Assembly: GCA_964535215.1 (NCBI GenBank)
Contig: CAZHST010000001.1
Coordinates: forward strand, 82,621-146,620
Direction: 5' to 3'
Source of the DNA: an uncultured bacterium
GTDB taxonomy: Bacteria; Methylomirabilota; Methylomirabilia; Methylomirabilales; JACQHM01
Length of the DNA stretch: 64,000 nt
The stretch's first letter is position 1, and every line of letters begins with the position of its first letter. The notes beneath the pieces are model-generated. The model worked only from the letters and a program-made list of their open reading frames with translations, was not told the origin of the DNA and made no database searches. A program made the position numbers and the translations under genes. Below, one piece after another: positions 7,985 through 16,923 of this stretch.

Positions 7985-8897
7985 GGAGGTCCCTCCCTGA
8001 CGTTTTTCCCAAGAGGTGTCGGAGCGCCCCTTCCAGCTCCGGGTGACGGAACCGATATCCCGTGGCTAAGAGCTTGGCGGGCTCCACGCGAGCACTGGCC
8101 AGGAGCAGGGCGTCGGCCATCTCGCCGAAGGCCAGCCGGGCGGCGAAGGCCGGCATGGGAAACGGGGTGGGGCGTCCGAGCACCCGCCCTAAAGTCTTGG
8201 TGAATTCCCGATTCGTGACAGGATGGGGCGCCACGGCGTTGACCGGCCCCCGGAGGGTATCGGTGAAGAGGGCATGGTGGATGGCAGAAACGGCATCGTC
8301 CAACGCGATCCAGCTCCAGTACTGGCTTCCCCTCCCCACGATTCCCCCCACCCCCAGCCGGAACGGCAGGAGCATTTTGGCAAGGGCTCCCCCTTTTGGA
8401 CTGAGGACCAGCCCGAACCGAAGGTGCACCACCCGGATCCCCCTTTGAACGGCCAAATCTGCCGCCGCCTCCCACTCGCGGCAGACCTCGGCCAGGAAGC
8501 CCGAACCGGGGGCACTTTCCTCGTGGAGGATCTCTTCCCCACGATCACCGTAGTAACCGGTGGCGGAGGCACATACCAGGACGTTAGGTGGTTCTGGGAG
8601 CCGGGCAAGGGATTCGGAGAGGAGGCGGGTCCCTTTGACCCGGCTGTCACGAATCCTGGCCTTTTTCCCGGCCGTCCATCGCCCCGCAATGTTTTCCCCG
8701 GCGAGGTGTACCACGGCGTCCAACCCTGTGAGGCCGGCCATCTCCAAGGTGCCTGCCTCAGGATCCCACCGGATTGCCGCCTCCCCGGGTTTGGGCTCTG
8801 CCCGGACGAGACGGATGACACGGTGACCCTCCCTCGTGAGGACGGGGATGAGGGCCGATCCGATAAGCCCCGATGCCCCTGTCACCAAAATGGTCAT
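7965..8897 (-). CDS. NAD-dependent epimerase family protein (SDR39U1/YfcH type, TIGR01777-like)
   Basis: N-terminal ILVTGASGLIGSAL Rossmann motif. About 310 aa with the C-terminal extension seen in this subfamily. Confidence 0.75.
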   Translation of the reverse strand: MTILVTGASGLIGSALIPVLTREGHRVIRLVRAEPKPGEAAIRWDPEAGTLEMAGLTGLDAVVHLAGENIAGRWTAGKKARIRDSRVKGTRLLSESLARLPEPPNVLVCASATGYYGDRGEEILHEESAPGSGFLAEVCREWEAAADLAVQRGIRVVHLRFGLVLSPKGGALAKMLLPFRLGVGGIVGRGSQYWSWIALDDAVSAIHHALFTDTLRGPVNAVAPHPVTNREFTKTLGRVLGRPTPFPMPAFAARLAFGEMADALLLASARVEPAKLLATGYRFRHPELEGALRHLLGKTSGRDLHASKES

Positions 8898-8930
8898 CAG
8901 TCCTCCGCTGAGCAGGGCCCAGTGGGGTTC

Positions 8931-9803
8931 CTACTTTCCGGCGATCCAGGACTCCACGATAGCAGGGTTTTTGTCCATCCAGGTCTTGGCTGCTTCCATC
9001 GGGGTCTTCTTTTCAACATTCACCAGATAGTCCATCTCGGCCACAGCCTCAAGGCCGAGGTGGATCCGTCGGAGGGTTTCCACCGTCCTGGCCGGGACCT
9101 TGCTGGGGAAGTCCTTGTGGGCTACAAGGACACCCTTGTTCATCCCGCCGAGCAACCCTTTGGGCTCCAGGAGCGGGCGGATGGGATAGGTTTTGTTCAG
9201 GTACTGCGGTGTCCAGAGGGGAATAACCACCCAGCGTCCTTCTGCGATGGCCCTGGCGGCCGCAGTCGCCATGTCCTGCCCTGTGCCCGTGAGAAGTTTG
9301 TAGCCGGCCTTTTCAAGACCGTATTCAGCCATCATCTTCCGTGAAGCGATCATGAGGCCTGAACCTGGTCCGATCCCCTGGATCGTCTTCGTCATCTTTG
9401 CGACCACCTCAGGTTTCACCAGGTCTTCCACAGACTTGACGGCCGCCTCGGGTACATAGGCCGGGACGCCCCAGAACAGATGGGCCCCTTCGTAAAGGGT
9501 TGCCAGCTCAATCGCCTGATCCTTGTACTGACGCCAGTAGGTTGCATGGGCCTCCGGTAGCCAGGCTGCGGCCAGGAGGTCCACCTCGCCTCGGCCCAGC
9601 ATGGGGAAGATCTCCTCGTGGGCGCCTTCCCTGACCTCCACGGTGTGACCAAGCTGCTCCAGAACCCTTTGGATGACGGCCCCGGTGACCGCATAAAAGC
9701 TCAGCTTGATCTGTCCCAGCACCACCTTCTGCCCTGCAAAAGCCACGGTTGCGGTGAAGATGAAAAGCATCATCAGGCATGCAAGATACTTGAATGATCG
9801 CAT
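8931..9803 (-). CDS. Glycine betaine/osmoprotectant ABC transporter substrate-binding protein (ProX/OpuAC-like)
   Basis: ATG at 9803 is preceded by AAGGGGGA. Signal peptide MRSFKYLACLMMLFIFTATVAFA. LLAAAWLPEAHATYW aromatic box-like segment. Confidence 0.7.
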   Translation of the reverse strand: MRSFKYLACLMMLFIFTATVAFAGQKVVLGQIKLSFYAVTGAVIQRVLEQLGHTVEVREGAHEEIFPMLGRGEVDLLAAAWLPEAHATYWRQYKDQAIELATLYEGAHLFWGVPAYVPEAAVKSVEDLVKPEVVAKMTKTIQGIGPGSGLMIASRKMMAEYGLEKAGYKLLTGTGQDMATAAARAIAEGRWVVIPLWTPQYLNKTYPIRPLLEPKGLLGGMNKGVLVAHKDFPSKVPARTVETLRRIHLGLEAVAEMDYLVNVEKKTPMEAAKTWMDKNPAIVESWIAGK

Positions 9804-9906
9804 GGTTTCCCCCTTTTTGTCAGGCTTCTCTTTGGAAGAAACGTAGCCCAAACAGGGCAGGAGTGTCAAGGAGTTCTGGTTGCCGGTTTTTCAGGCTGAT
9901 GCGGCG

Positions 9907-9935
9907 TTGTCTTGTTTCAGGAGGTGTGATATAAC
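9907..9935 (+). promoter_or_regulatory. Sigma-70-like promoter candidate (TTGTCT-17-TATAAC)
   Basis: Read directly from the sequence. It lies about 85 nt upstream of the EF-hand gene start at 10022. Confidence 0.35.
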
Positions 9936-10021
9936 AAAACACGTCTGTAGAGTTTCAGGAGCGACGGTTTGAGGAAGGGAACTTGGCTTGAACCAACGCG
10001 CTCGAAAGACAGGAGAAAGCG

Positions 10022-10324
10022 ATGAGGAGAAGATGGGCGGTGTGCCTTGTGATCGGCCTTGGGGTAGCGGTGGCCTTTCCTAACCTTTCCTTTGGGCAGG
10101 CGCAGCAAAGACAAGTTGATCGCTTCTTCGAAGAGGCCGATGCCAACAAGGATGGAAAGCTTTCCGAGGAAGAGCTCACGACCTACATGCAAGCCATGGC
10201 CAAAAGGCGGGCCCAGCAGATGTTTCAGAAGGCCGACACCAATAAGGATGGGTTTGTCACAAAAGAGGAGCTTCACAAGTTAAGGGCGGGAAGAAGGGGA
10301 ATGATGATGGAGCATGAGAGGTAA
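10022..10324 (+). CDS. Secreted EF-hand calcium-binding protein
   Basis: Signal peptide and two canonical EF-hand loops, DANKDGKLSEEE and DTNKDGFVTKEE. Confidence 0.75.
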   Translation: MRRRWAVCLVIGLGVAVAFPNLSFGQAQQRQVDRFFEEADANKDGKLSEEELTTYMQAMAKRRAQQMFQKADTNKDGFVTKEELHKLRAGRRGMMMEHER

Positions 10325-10621
10325 AGAGAGGGCGGGAGCTCCAAGGGAACGACCTCATAACCCCTTCACAGGTTTGACCGCTTGGCCCATGCATCACGTT
10401 AGTCTATGAGACTTTCAGTCCCTTTGGGGGATGCTGATGTCCCATCGGGTTCTTTCCTTTTTTTCAAAGGATTGACCCATTTGGGCCTCTCCGATGGGGC
10501 AGGGATGTCCCACTCCGGGCCCCTTCCCCTTTCTCTCCATCTTTTTCCTGCCGCTGCTGAAGAAGCATTTTCTCCTTTCCTGTTCAGAGGTTAGCGTAAG
10601 ATCTCCTCCTGAGGGGTTGGC

Positions 10622-10637
10622 TGGCACCCTCGTTGCA
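10622..10637 (+). promoter_or_regulatory. Sigma-54 promoter (TGGCAC-N5-TTGCA)
   Basis: cTGGCACcctcgTTGCAtat is an exact match to the -24/-12 consensus. It lies 55 nt upstream of the acuA-like start. Confidence 0.7.
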
Positions 10638-10691
10638 TATCTTTCCTTATGGAAGATTGTGAAAAGTTGCTCAAATTTTTGAGGAGGCCCT

Positions 10692-11393
10692 GTGATGACC
10701 GTTCTTCTTTCTCTCTTTCATAAGCCCAGGGTGAAAACCGTCACCCTTCCCACCGGGAAGGGGAGGGTCCATATCGTAGCCTCCTGTCCGGCTGACCTCC
10801 TCCAGACCCTCACGGTGGACCAGGGAATTGGGGCCTTCGGCCACTATGCCCCATCGGCCCCTGCCCTCCAGAAGGAGGCCCTTCTCAAGGTCGCCCATAT
10901 GGAAGGGGGAAGGGTGGTTGCCGCTTACACCGATGACAAACGGTTGGTGGGCTACATCGCCTTCCACCCGCCGGATCCCAGGACCCGTTTCGGACAACTG
11001 GCATCGGAGAGGGTAGTGGAGCTGGGCGGGATTGAGGTGGCGAGGGGGTGGCGGGGCTTGGGGATTGCCAAACGGATGCTGAAAGTCGCCTTTGCCAAGG
11101 GAGCCTTCAGGGACAAGATCGTCTTCGCTGCGGGTTACCGCTGGTGCTGGGACCTTGAGGGGACGGACCTGGAGGTGGGCCGGTACCGACGGATGATGCA
11201 GCGCCTCTTCGAGCGGTACGGTTTCCGGGCCTTCGTCACCGACGAGCCAAATATCGCGGAGGATCCCCTGAACCTGTTTGTCGTCAGGGTCGGCCGCCTG
11301 GTCCCGAAGGCCCGTTTTCGGGCTTTTCAGGCCCTGCTGGTGACCGGGACGCCTGGGGCCGGAAGGGGTGGACGCCTTGCCCGGGGAAGGTGA
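10692..11393 (+). CDS. acuA: AcuA-like GNAT protein acetyltransferase
   Basis: Aligns by eye with B. subtilis AcuA: IVGY..F..PDP..R.......ELG.IEVA...RG.GI...LL, then ...YWHWDL-type CWDLEG and F.TDEPNI. Confidence 0.65.
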   Translation: MMTVLLSLFHKPRVKTVTLPTGKGRVHIVASCPADLLQTLTVDQGIGAFGHYAPSAPALQKEALLKVAHMEGGRVVAAYTDDKRLVGYIAFHPPDPRTRFGQLASERVVELGGIEVARGWRGLGIAKRMLKVAFAKGAFRDKIVFAAGYRWCWDLEGTDLEVGRYRRMMQRLFERYGFRAFVTDEPNIAEDPLNLFVVRVGRLVPKARFRAFQALLVTGTPGAGRGGRLARGR

Positions 11394-11426
11394 TGGATCT
11401 TGCCGGGAAGAAGGGAGGTGAGGAGC

Positions 11427-11609
11427 GTGGAGCTGCTCGAGTACTTTCCTTATGGTGAGGTGGCGACCGAAGCCCCGTCCCCATGGGCGGTGGGTATCCT
11501 CCTCGCCATCCTCGTTGCCGCCGTCATCGGGATGATCTTTGCCATCTCCACGGACAAGGCAATGATCGCGGAGGCCGAGGAACAGGAGGAGCACCGGAAA
11601 GCCGCTTGA
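11427..11609 (+). CDS. Small single-TM protein (60 aa), tandem paralog 1
   Basis: GTG start after GGGAGGTGAGGAG. One TM helix, then an acidic/basic tail ending RKAA. Confidence 0.45.
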   Translation: MELLEYFPYGEVATEAPSPWAVGILLAILVAAVIGMIFAISTDKAMIAEAEEQEEHRKAA

Positions 11610-11651
11610 GGGCCCACCTTTGAACCCTGGTGGTCAAGGAGGTGAGGAAGA

Positions 11652-11834
11652 ATGGAGCCGATTGATCTCCTCCGCGAGATGCCGACAGGAACGGCCGAGG
11701 CCTATGCGGCGGGTGCGTTTCTCCTCTTCCTGGCCTTGGTAACCTTCGTGGGGCTGCTCTATGCTGCCTATACGGAGCGGGCAGAGGCCAAGAAACGGGA
11801 GGCGCAACCTGAAGCATGGCGGAAGGCCGCGTGA
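11652..11834 (+). CDS. Small single-TM protein (60 aa), tandem paralog 2
   Basis: ATG after AAGGAGGTGAGGAAG. Same length and architecture as paralog 1, and the tail also ends RKAA. Confidence 0.5.
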   Translation: MEPIDLLREMPTGTAEAYAAGAFLLFLALVTFVGLLYAAYTERAEAKKREAQPEAWRKAA

Positions 11835-11935
11835 CCTGTGGGAAGGCCGGAGGGGGGTCTTCGTCCCTTTCGGAGACCTCCCTCCGGAAAAGACCATTCC
11901 TGAAGGGCACCAGGCCTTCAGGGGAGGACGAGACG

Positions 11936-12568
11936 ATGAGGGTCGCCCGGTGGATGAAGAAGGATCCGATCACCATCAGCCCGGAGACAGGGGTCTGGGA
12001 GGCGGCGCGCCTCCTCCGGCAGTACCGGATCCGGCACCTTCCGGTGGTGAAAAGGGGAAAACTGGTCGGGATCGTGACGGACCGGGATGTGAAAAGGGTT
12101 CTGCCCTCCCCGGCCACCAGCCTTTCCGTGTACGAGGTCTCCTATCTCCTGGATCGGCTGGAGGTGAAAGAGGTCATGACCAAGGAAGTGATCACCGTCA
12201 GCCCTCTCGTCCCCATCGAGGAGGCGGCGAAGATCATGCATGACCGGAAGATCGGGTGCCTCCCCGTCCTGGAAGGGGAGGCGTTGGTGGGGATCATTAC
12301 CGAGACGGACCTCCTGGCGGCCCTGGTGGAGGTCATGGGGGTCCGGGAGCCCAGCTCCCGCCTGGAGATCGAACTTCCGGATGCTATCGAGGCCCTCGCC
12401 GAAGTGGTAGGGATCCTTCAAAAAGACCGGGTGGCCATTTCGAACCTCCTGGCCGTCCCCTCCAATGGGGAGAAGGTCCTGGTCCTCCGTGTAAAGACCA
12501 TTGATCCCTCATCCACCATCAAGACCCTCCAGCAAGCGGGCTACCGGGTCTCCCCTTCTCCGGGGTGA
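11936..12568 (+). CDS. acuB: AcuB-like CBS-pair protein with a C-terminal ACT-like domain
   Basis: ATG 11936 after GGGGAGGA. Two CBS repeats (IRHLPVV..GKLVGIVTDRDV and IGCLPVLEGEALVGIITETDL). Confidence 0.7.
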   Translation: MRVARWMKKDPITISPETGVWEAARLLRQYRIRHLPVVKRGKLVGIVTDRDVKRVLPSPATSLSVYEVSYLLDRLEVKEVMTKEVITVSPLVPIEEAAKIMHDRKIGCLPVLEGEALVGIITETDLLAALVEVMGVREPSSRLEIELPDAIEALAEVVGILQKDRVAISNLLAVPSNGEKVLVLRVKTIDPSSTIKTLQQAGYRVSPSPG

Positions 12569-12610
12569 AGAGGTCTCACCTGTTTGTCCCGGAGCAGGAA
12601 GGGCCCTCGC

Positions 12611-12639
12611 TTGTTGAGCTGAGGGTCTTTTGTTATGAT
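12611..12639 (+). promoter_or_regulatory. Sigma-70-like promoter candidate (TTGTTG-17-TATGAT)
   Basis: Read directly from the sequence. It lies 70 nt upstream of the Rieske gene, which opens the respiratory cluster. Confidence 0.4.
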
Positions 12640-12709
12640 GCTCCCAGAAAAGACCAGGGGTTAGGGGAGAGGGTGGTAAGGGTTTTCAGTCCTTCTGAGG
12701 AGGAGGGCC

Positions 12710-13270
12710 ATGGCGGCAAAGGAGCCTCTTTCGTTCAAATCGGGCGTTGACCCGCAAAGCGTTCCTCCCGGCCGGAGGCGCTTCATCATCCTTCTTTTGA
12801 GTGCGATCACGTCGGCCATTGCGGGGATCCTGGGCATCCCCTTGGCCGGGTTCTTCGCCCTCCCGGCCCTGAAACGGTCAGAGCTTCGGTGGCTGGAGGT
12901 AGGGCCGGTCTCGAGCTTTAAGGAAGGAGAGATCAGGAAGGTCATTGCAAAGCCCCTTGTCGCCCAGGTCTGGCCCCACGAGACCCCCCCGGTGGCCCTC
13001 TACGTCTTGAACCATGGCGGGGGGAGGTTCACCCTCTTCCACATCCACTGCACCCATGTCGGTTGCCCTGTTCAGTGGAACCCCCAGGCGAACCGGTTCT
13101 TCAGCCCCTGCCATGGGGGCGTCTTCGACCGGGATGGTCGGGTCCTGGCCGGCCCACCGCCCCGTCCCCTGGACCGCTACGAGTACAAGATCGAGAAGGG
13201 GGTCCTGTACGCCGGGCGGATCTACAAGGTCAACGAGAAGCTGGAGTTCGCGGGATGGCAGCATACATGA
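12710..13270 (+). CDS. Rieske [2Fe-2S] subunit of a cytochrome bc/b6f-type complex
   Basis: Twin-arginine signal (PGRRRFII). The Rieske boxes are CTHVGCPV and CPCHGGVF. Confidence 0.9.
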   Translation: MAAKEPLSFKSGVDPQSVPPGRRRFIILLLSAITSAIAGILGIPLAGFFALPALKRSELRWLEVGPVSSFKEGEIRKVIAKPLVAQVWPHETPPVALYVLNHGGGRFTLFHIHCTHVGCPVQWNPQANRFFSPCHGGVFDRDGRVLAGPPPRPLDRYEYKIEKGVLYAGRIYKVNEKLEFAGWQHT

Positions 13271-14649
13271 GCAGGGTTTTGGAGTGGCTCCAGGAACGCC
13301 TCGGCACCCGGGAGCAGCTCTTTAAGTTCCTCTACCGACGTCTCCCTGAAGGGACCACGTGGTGGCACACGTTAGGGAGCGCGACCCTCTTTCTGATCCT
13401 CGTCCAGACCCTGACCGGTTTCTTTTTAGCCTTCTACTACGTCCCCTCCCCCGAGCACGCCTACGACAGCCTGATCTACATCCAGGAGGAGCTTCCCTTC
13501 GGGGCCTTCATCCGGGGGCTCCACCACTGGGGGGCAAGCCTCACCGTAGTGGTCGTCTTCCTCCACATGCTTCGGGTCTTCTTCATGGGGGCCTACAAAT
13601 ACCCCCGGGAGCTTTCCTGGGTTGTCGGGGTCTTCCTGTTCCTCCTCATCATGCTCTTCGGCTTCACCGGTTACCTCCTCCCCTGGGACCAGAAGGCCTA
13701 CTGGGCCACGGTGGTCGGGACCCACATCGCCGAAACGGCCCCCCTGATCGGGGAATACCTCCGGCGGATCCTCCAAGGGGGGGTGGAGGTTGGGGCCAGG
13801 ACCCTGGGGCGCTTCTATGCCGCCCACGTCCTGATCCTCCCCGCCGTCCTCTACGCCCTCATCCTGGTCCATCTTTCCATGGTGATCTATCAGGGGATCG
13901 CCCCGACCCCATGGGGAAGGTTCGGCCTCATCAGGAAAGGGGATTACCAGCGGCTCTACGAGGAGTCCAAAGGGAAGGGAGAGACCTTCTTCGAGCATCT
14001 CCTCCGGGATGGGGTTGTCGCCTTCCTCCTCCTCCTCGTCCTCCTCTGGATGGCGGCTTTTTGGAAGGTCCCGATGGAAGAGGTGGCCGACCCCACCAGC
14101 ACCGACTATGTCCCGAGGCCCGAGTGGTACTTCTACTTTCTGTTCGAGCTGTTGTGGCTCTTCCCCGGGAAGTGGATCCCGGTGGCGACCTTCTATATCC
14201 CCCTGGCGGCGGTCCTCCTCCTCCTCTTCCTCCCTTTCTACGACCGGACGCCGGGGAGGAGCCCTCTGAAGCGACCCGTCGCCTCAGGGATCGCCACGGC
14301 GGCCCTTTTCGCCATCGCCTTTTTGACGTACCAAGGGGCAACGGCCCCTCCCCCTCCGAAAGCAGGGACGGCCCTCCCTGAAGAGGTGAAAGCCCTGCCC
14401 CCCGAGCTGGCCAGAGGGAGGGAGGTTTACGAGGCTCAGGGGTGTTCGGCCTGCCACGTGTTGAAGGGGACCGGGAGTGCCGCCGGGCCGGATCTGACAA
14501 GGATCGGGGCGAGAAGGGATGCGGAATGGTTGAAGCGGTTCCTGAAGGACCCGAGCGCAGTGAGGCCCGGCTCGGTCATGCCCCCCTATGGCGAGCTTCC
14601 CGAGGAGGAGCTGGATGCCTTGGCACGATACCTCGCCTCTTTGAAGTAG
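13255..14649 (+). CDS. Cytochrome b (b6 plus subunit IV fused) with a C-terminal monohaem cytochrome c domain
   Basis: ATG 13255 overlaps the Rieske stop. Motifs: HHWGASL..FLHMLRVF, YLLPWDQKAYWAT and PEWYFYFLFELL. C-terminal CSACH. Confidence 0.9.
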   Translation: MAAYMSRVLEWLQERLGTREQLFKFLYRRLPEGTTWWHTLGSATLFLILVQTLTGFFLAFYYVPSPEHAYDSLIYIQEELPFGAFIRGLHHWGASLTVVVVFLHMLRVFFMGAYKYPRELSWVVGVFLFLLIMLFGFTGYLLPWDQKAYWATVVGTHIAETAPLIGEYLRRILQGGVEVGARTLGRFYAAHVLILPAVLYALILVHLSMVIYQGIAPTPWGRFGLIRKGDYQRLYEESKGKGETFFEHLLRDGVVAFLLLLVLLWMAAFWKVPMEEVADPTSTDYVPRPEWYFYFLFELLWLFPGKWIPVATFYIPLAAVLLLLFLPFYDRTPGRSPLKRPVASGIATAALFAIAFLTYQGATAPPPPKAGTALPEEVKALPPELARGREVYEAQGCSACHVLKGTGSAAGPDLTRIGARRDAEWLKRFLKDPSAVRPGSVMPPYGELPEEELDALARYLASLK

Positions 14650-14661
14650 GAGGGCCGAACG

Positions 14662-15315
14662 GTGATGGCGATCAAGTATGGAGTGGGGATCGGGTGGCTT
14701 CTCCTCCTGTTTGTCGGCGGGTCCGTCTTCCCCTTGGGGGCGGAGGAGCAGTACGTCCTCTGGGGCAATGCCCGGAAGGGGCGTCAGGTCTTTCTCGAGA
14801 AAGGCTGTGGGAACTGTCATGCGATCAGGGGGGTGGGGCCGACCCTGGGGCCCGACCTGGGGAGGATCCCTGGTAAACACCTCACCATGACCCAGATGGC
14901 CGGAACCATGTGGAATCACGCCCCTGCCATGAGACAGATGGCGAAGGAGAAGGGGATGACGTGGAAGCCCTTCAAGGGATCGGAGATGCGGGACCTCATC
15001 GCCTTCCTCTACGCCGTCAGCCTCCTGGATGAGCCAGGGGATCCCCGGCGGGGGGAGCGGCTCTTCGTCGAGAAGGGGTGCGCCACCTGCCACAGTGTCA
15101 GGGGGGAAGGGGGCAAGATCGGCCCGGATCTGAAGAAGTGGAAGCAGTACGGCTCCCCCATCCTGTGGGCGGAGCTGATGTGGGAGCACGCCTTAAAGAT
15201 GGAGGAGAAGGTGCGGGAGTTCAGCCTCCGGTGGCCGAAGTTCGAGGGAAACGAGATGGTGGATCTGATCACCTACATCCAGAAGGAACTCGGTCCAAGG
15301 GCCCCCGCGAGGTAA
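14662..15315 (+). CDS. Dihaem class I cytochrome c
   Basis: Signal or anchor helix. Two CxxCH motifs, CGNCH and CATCH, each in a repeated domain. Confidence 0.85.
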   Translation: MMAIKYGVGIGWLLLLFVGGSVFPLGAEEQYVLWGNARKGRQVFLEKGCGNCHAIRGVGPTLGPDLGRIPGKHLTMTQMAGTMWNHAPAMRQMAKEKGMTWKPFKGSEMRDLIAFLYAVSLLDEPGDPRRGERLFVEKGCATCHSVRGEGGKIGPDLKKWKQYGSPILWAELMWEHALKMEEKVREFSLRWPKFEGNEMVDLITYIQKELGPRAPAR

Positions 15316-15368
15316 CAGGATGAGCTGATGCCAACCTATTGCTGCCGGGGATGTTCGGTGGGGGAACG

Positions 15369-16121
15369 ATGAAACGGATACCTGATCAGCTCATACGTTT
15401 GTCAGTTCCGCTGGTCGTGATTGTCCTTGCCCTTGTTGTCGCCAAGCGGTTCCTCACTCCACCGACCTTTGGTCAGTACGGGCACTACCGGGCGGCTGCT
15501 GTTGATGCTGTTACGGCCCAGGAGATTCAGTATGTGGGAGAGCAGGAATGCGCCAACTGCCATGAAGACATTGTGGCGACAAAAACGCGCTCGTATCACA
15601 GAGGCGTTTCCTGTGAGGTCTGCCATGGTCCGGCCAGGGCCCACACGGAGGCTCCCACCGAACACCGACCGCCAGCCCCAAGGGAGAGGGGCTTTTGCCC
15701 GTTGTGCCACAGCTATAACCGTTCAAGGCCTACCGGATTCCCCCAGATCATCCCCCTCACCCATAACCCGGGGAAGCCCTGTATCTCCTGTCACAATCCC
15801 CACGATCCAACGCCCCCCCACGTGCCGAAAGAGTGCGGGGCCTGTCATGGTGACATCGAGAGGACCAAGCTGGTGTCGTCCCATGTCAACCTGCCGTGCA
15901 CGAGATGTCATGAAACTCCTCGCGGGCACAGGGTAAATCCCAGGGTGGTTCGGGCCAACAAGCCGACGAGTCGGGAGTTTTGCGGCGGATGTCATGCGAA
16001 GGAAGCGACAGGTCCCAGGGAAATTCCGCGAATTGACATCGCAACCCATGGGGAGCGGTATGTCTGCTGGGAGTGTCATTACCCTCATCTCCCCGAGACC
16101 TATGCAGGAGCGGCGAGGTGA
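15369..16121 (+). CDS. Membrane-anchored octahaem cytochrome c
   Basis: N-terminal TM helix. Eight CxxCH motifs: CANCH, CEVCH, CPLCH, CISCH, CGACH, CTRCH, CGGCH, CWECH. Confidence 0.85.
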   Translation: MKRIPDQLIRLSVPLVVIVLALVVAKRFLTPPTFGQYGHYRAAAVDAVTAQEIQYVGEQECANCHEDIVATKTRSYHRGVSCEVCHGPARAHTEAPTEHRPPAPRERGFCPLCHSYNRSRPTGFPQIIPLTHNPGKPCISCHNPHDPTPPHVPKECGACHGDIERTKLVSSHVNLPCTRCHETPRGHRVNPRVVRANKPTSREFCGGCHAKEATGPREIPRIDIATHGERYVCWECHYPHLPETYAGAAR

Positions 16122-16921
16122 AAAACACGTACAGTCGAAGGGAATTCCTGAAACGGATGCGCGGGTACCTGAAAAAGATTATGCTGGTTCTGCCGTTCCT
16201 TTCCCCTCCAGGGGTTGGGAGGATGATCATCGGCGGGTCCCGGTCAAGGGAGGCCGAGGCGAGCCAGCCAGGGGACTACGACCCAAGCCAGCACTACTAC
16301 GCTATGGGCATTTACGTGGATAGGTGCATCGGGTGTGGGCTCTGTGTCCAGGCGTGTAAGGTAGAAAACCATGTGCCGCGAGAACCGTTTTTTTTCAGGA
16401 CATGGGTTGAGCGCTACCAGATCCCGGGCGATGGTGACACCCTGGTGGATAGCCCCAATGGGGGATTGGAGGGGTTCCCGGAGCCCTCGGGTCTGAAAAC
16501 AGATGTGCTCCGATCATTCTTTGTGCCGAAACTCTGCAACCACTGCGACAATCCACCCTGCGTCCAGGTGTGCCCTGTGGGGGCGACTTTTAAGACCAGG
16601 GATGGGGTCGTTCTCGTGGATGAGAAGTACTGCATCGGTTGCCGGTATTGCATCCAGGCCTGTCCCTACGGGGCCAGGTACCTCGATCCCAGGACCCGAA
16701 CCGCCGATAAGTGCACCTTTTGTTACCACCGGATCGTCAGGGGGTTAAAGCCGGCTTGCGTTGAGGTCTGTCCTACCCAGGCGCGGGTCTTCGGGGAATT
16801 GGGGGCGCTGAGCAGCCCTCTGGTGAGGTTTCGCCGGATGAACAAGGTCCGGGTGCTCAAGCCGAATCTTAACACCCAGCCGAAGGTGTACTACGCGAAT
16901 CTGGACGGGGAGGTCTCGTAG
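16118..16921 (+). CDS. Tat-exported 4x[4Fe-4S] ferredoxin subunit (NrfC/PsrB/DsrO type)
   Basis: GTG 16118 after AGGAG. Twin-arginine signal SRREFLK. Cluster motifs CIGCGLCVQAC, CNHCDNPPCVQVCP and CIGCRYCIQACP. Confidence 0.85.
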   Translation: MKNTYSRREFLKRMRGYLKKIMLVLPFLSPPGVGRMIIGGSRSREAEASQPGDYDPSQHYYAMGIYVDRCIGCGLCVQACKVENHVPREPFFFRTWVERYQIPGDGDTLVDSPNGGLEGFPEPSGLKTDVLRSFFVPKLCNHCDNPPCVQVCPVGATFKTRDGVVLVDEKYCIGCRYCIQACPYGARYLDPRTRTADKCTFCYHRIVRGLKPACVEVCPTQARVFGELGALSSPLVRFRRMNKVRVLKPNLNTQPKVYYANLDGEVS

Positions 16922-16923
16922 CC

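Noticed and set aside
12565-12750. 61-aa ORF between acuB and the Rieske gene, and a similar small ORF at 52260..52451 (-).
   Set aside because: No RBS. Both overlap promoter-like sequence or the start of the next gene, and their composition is uninformative.
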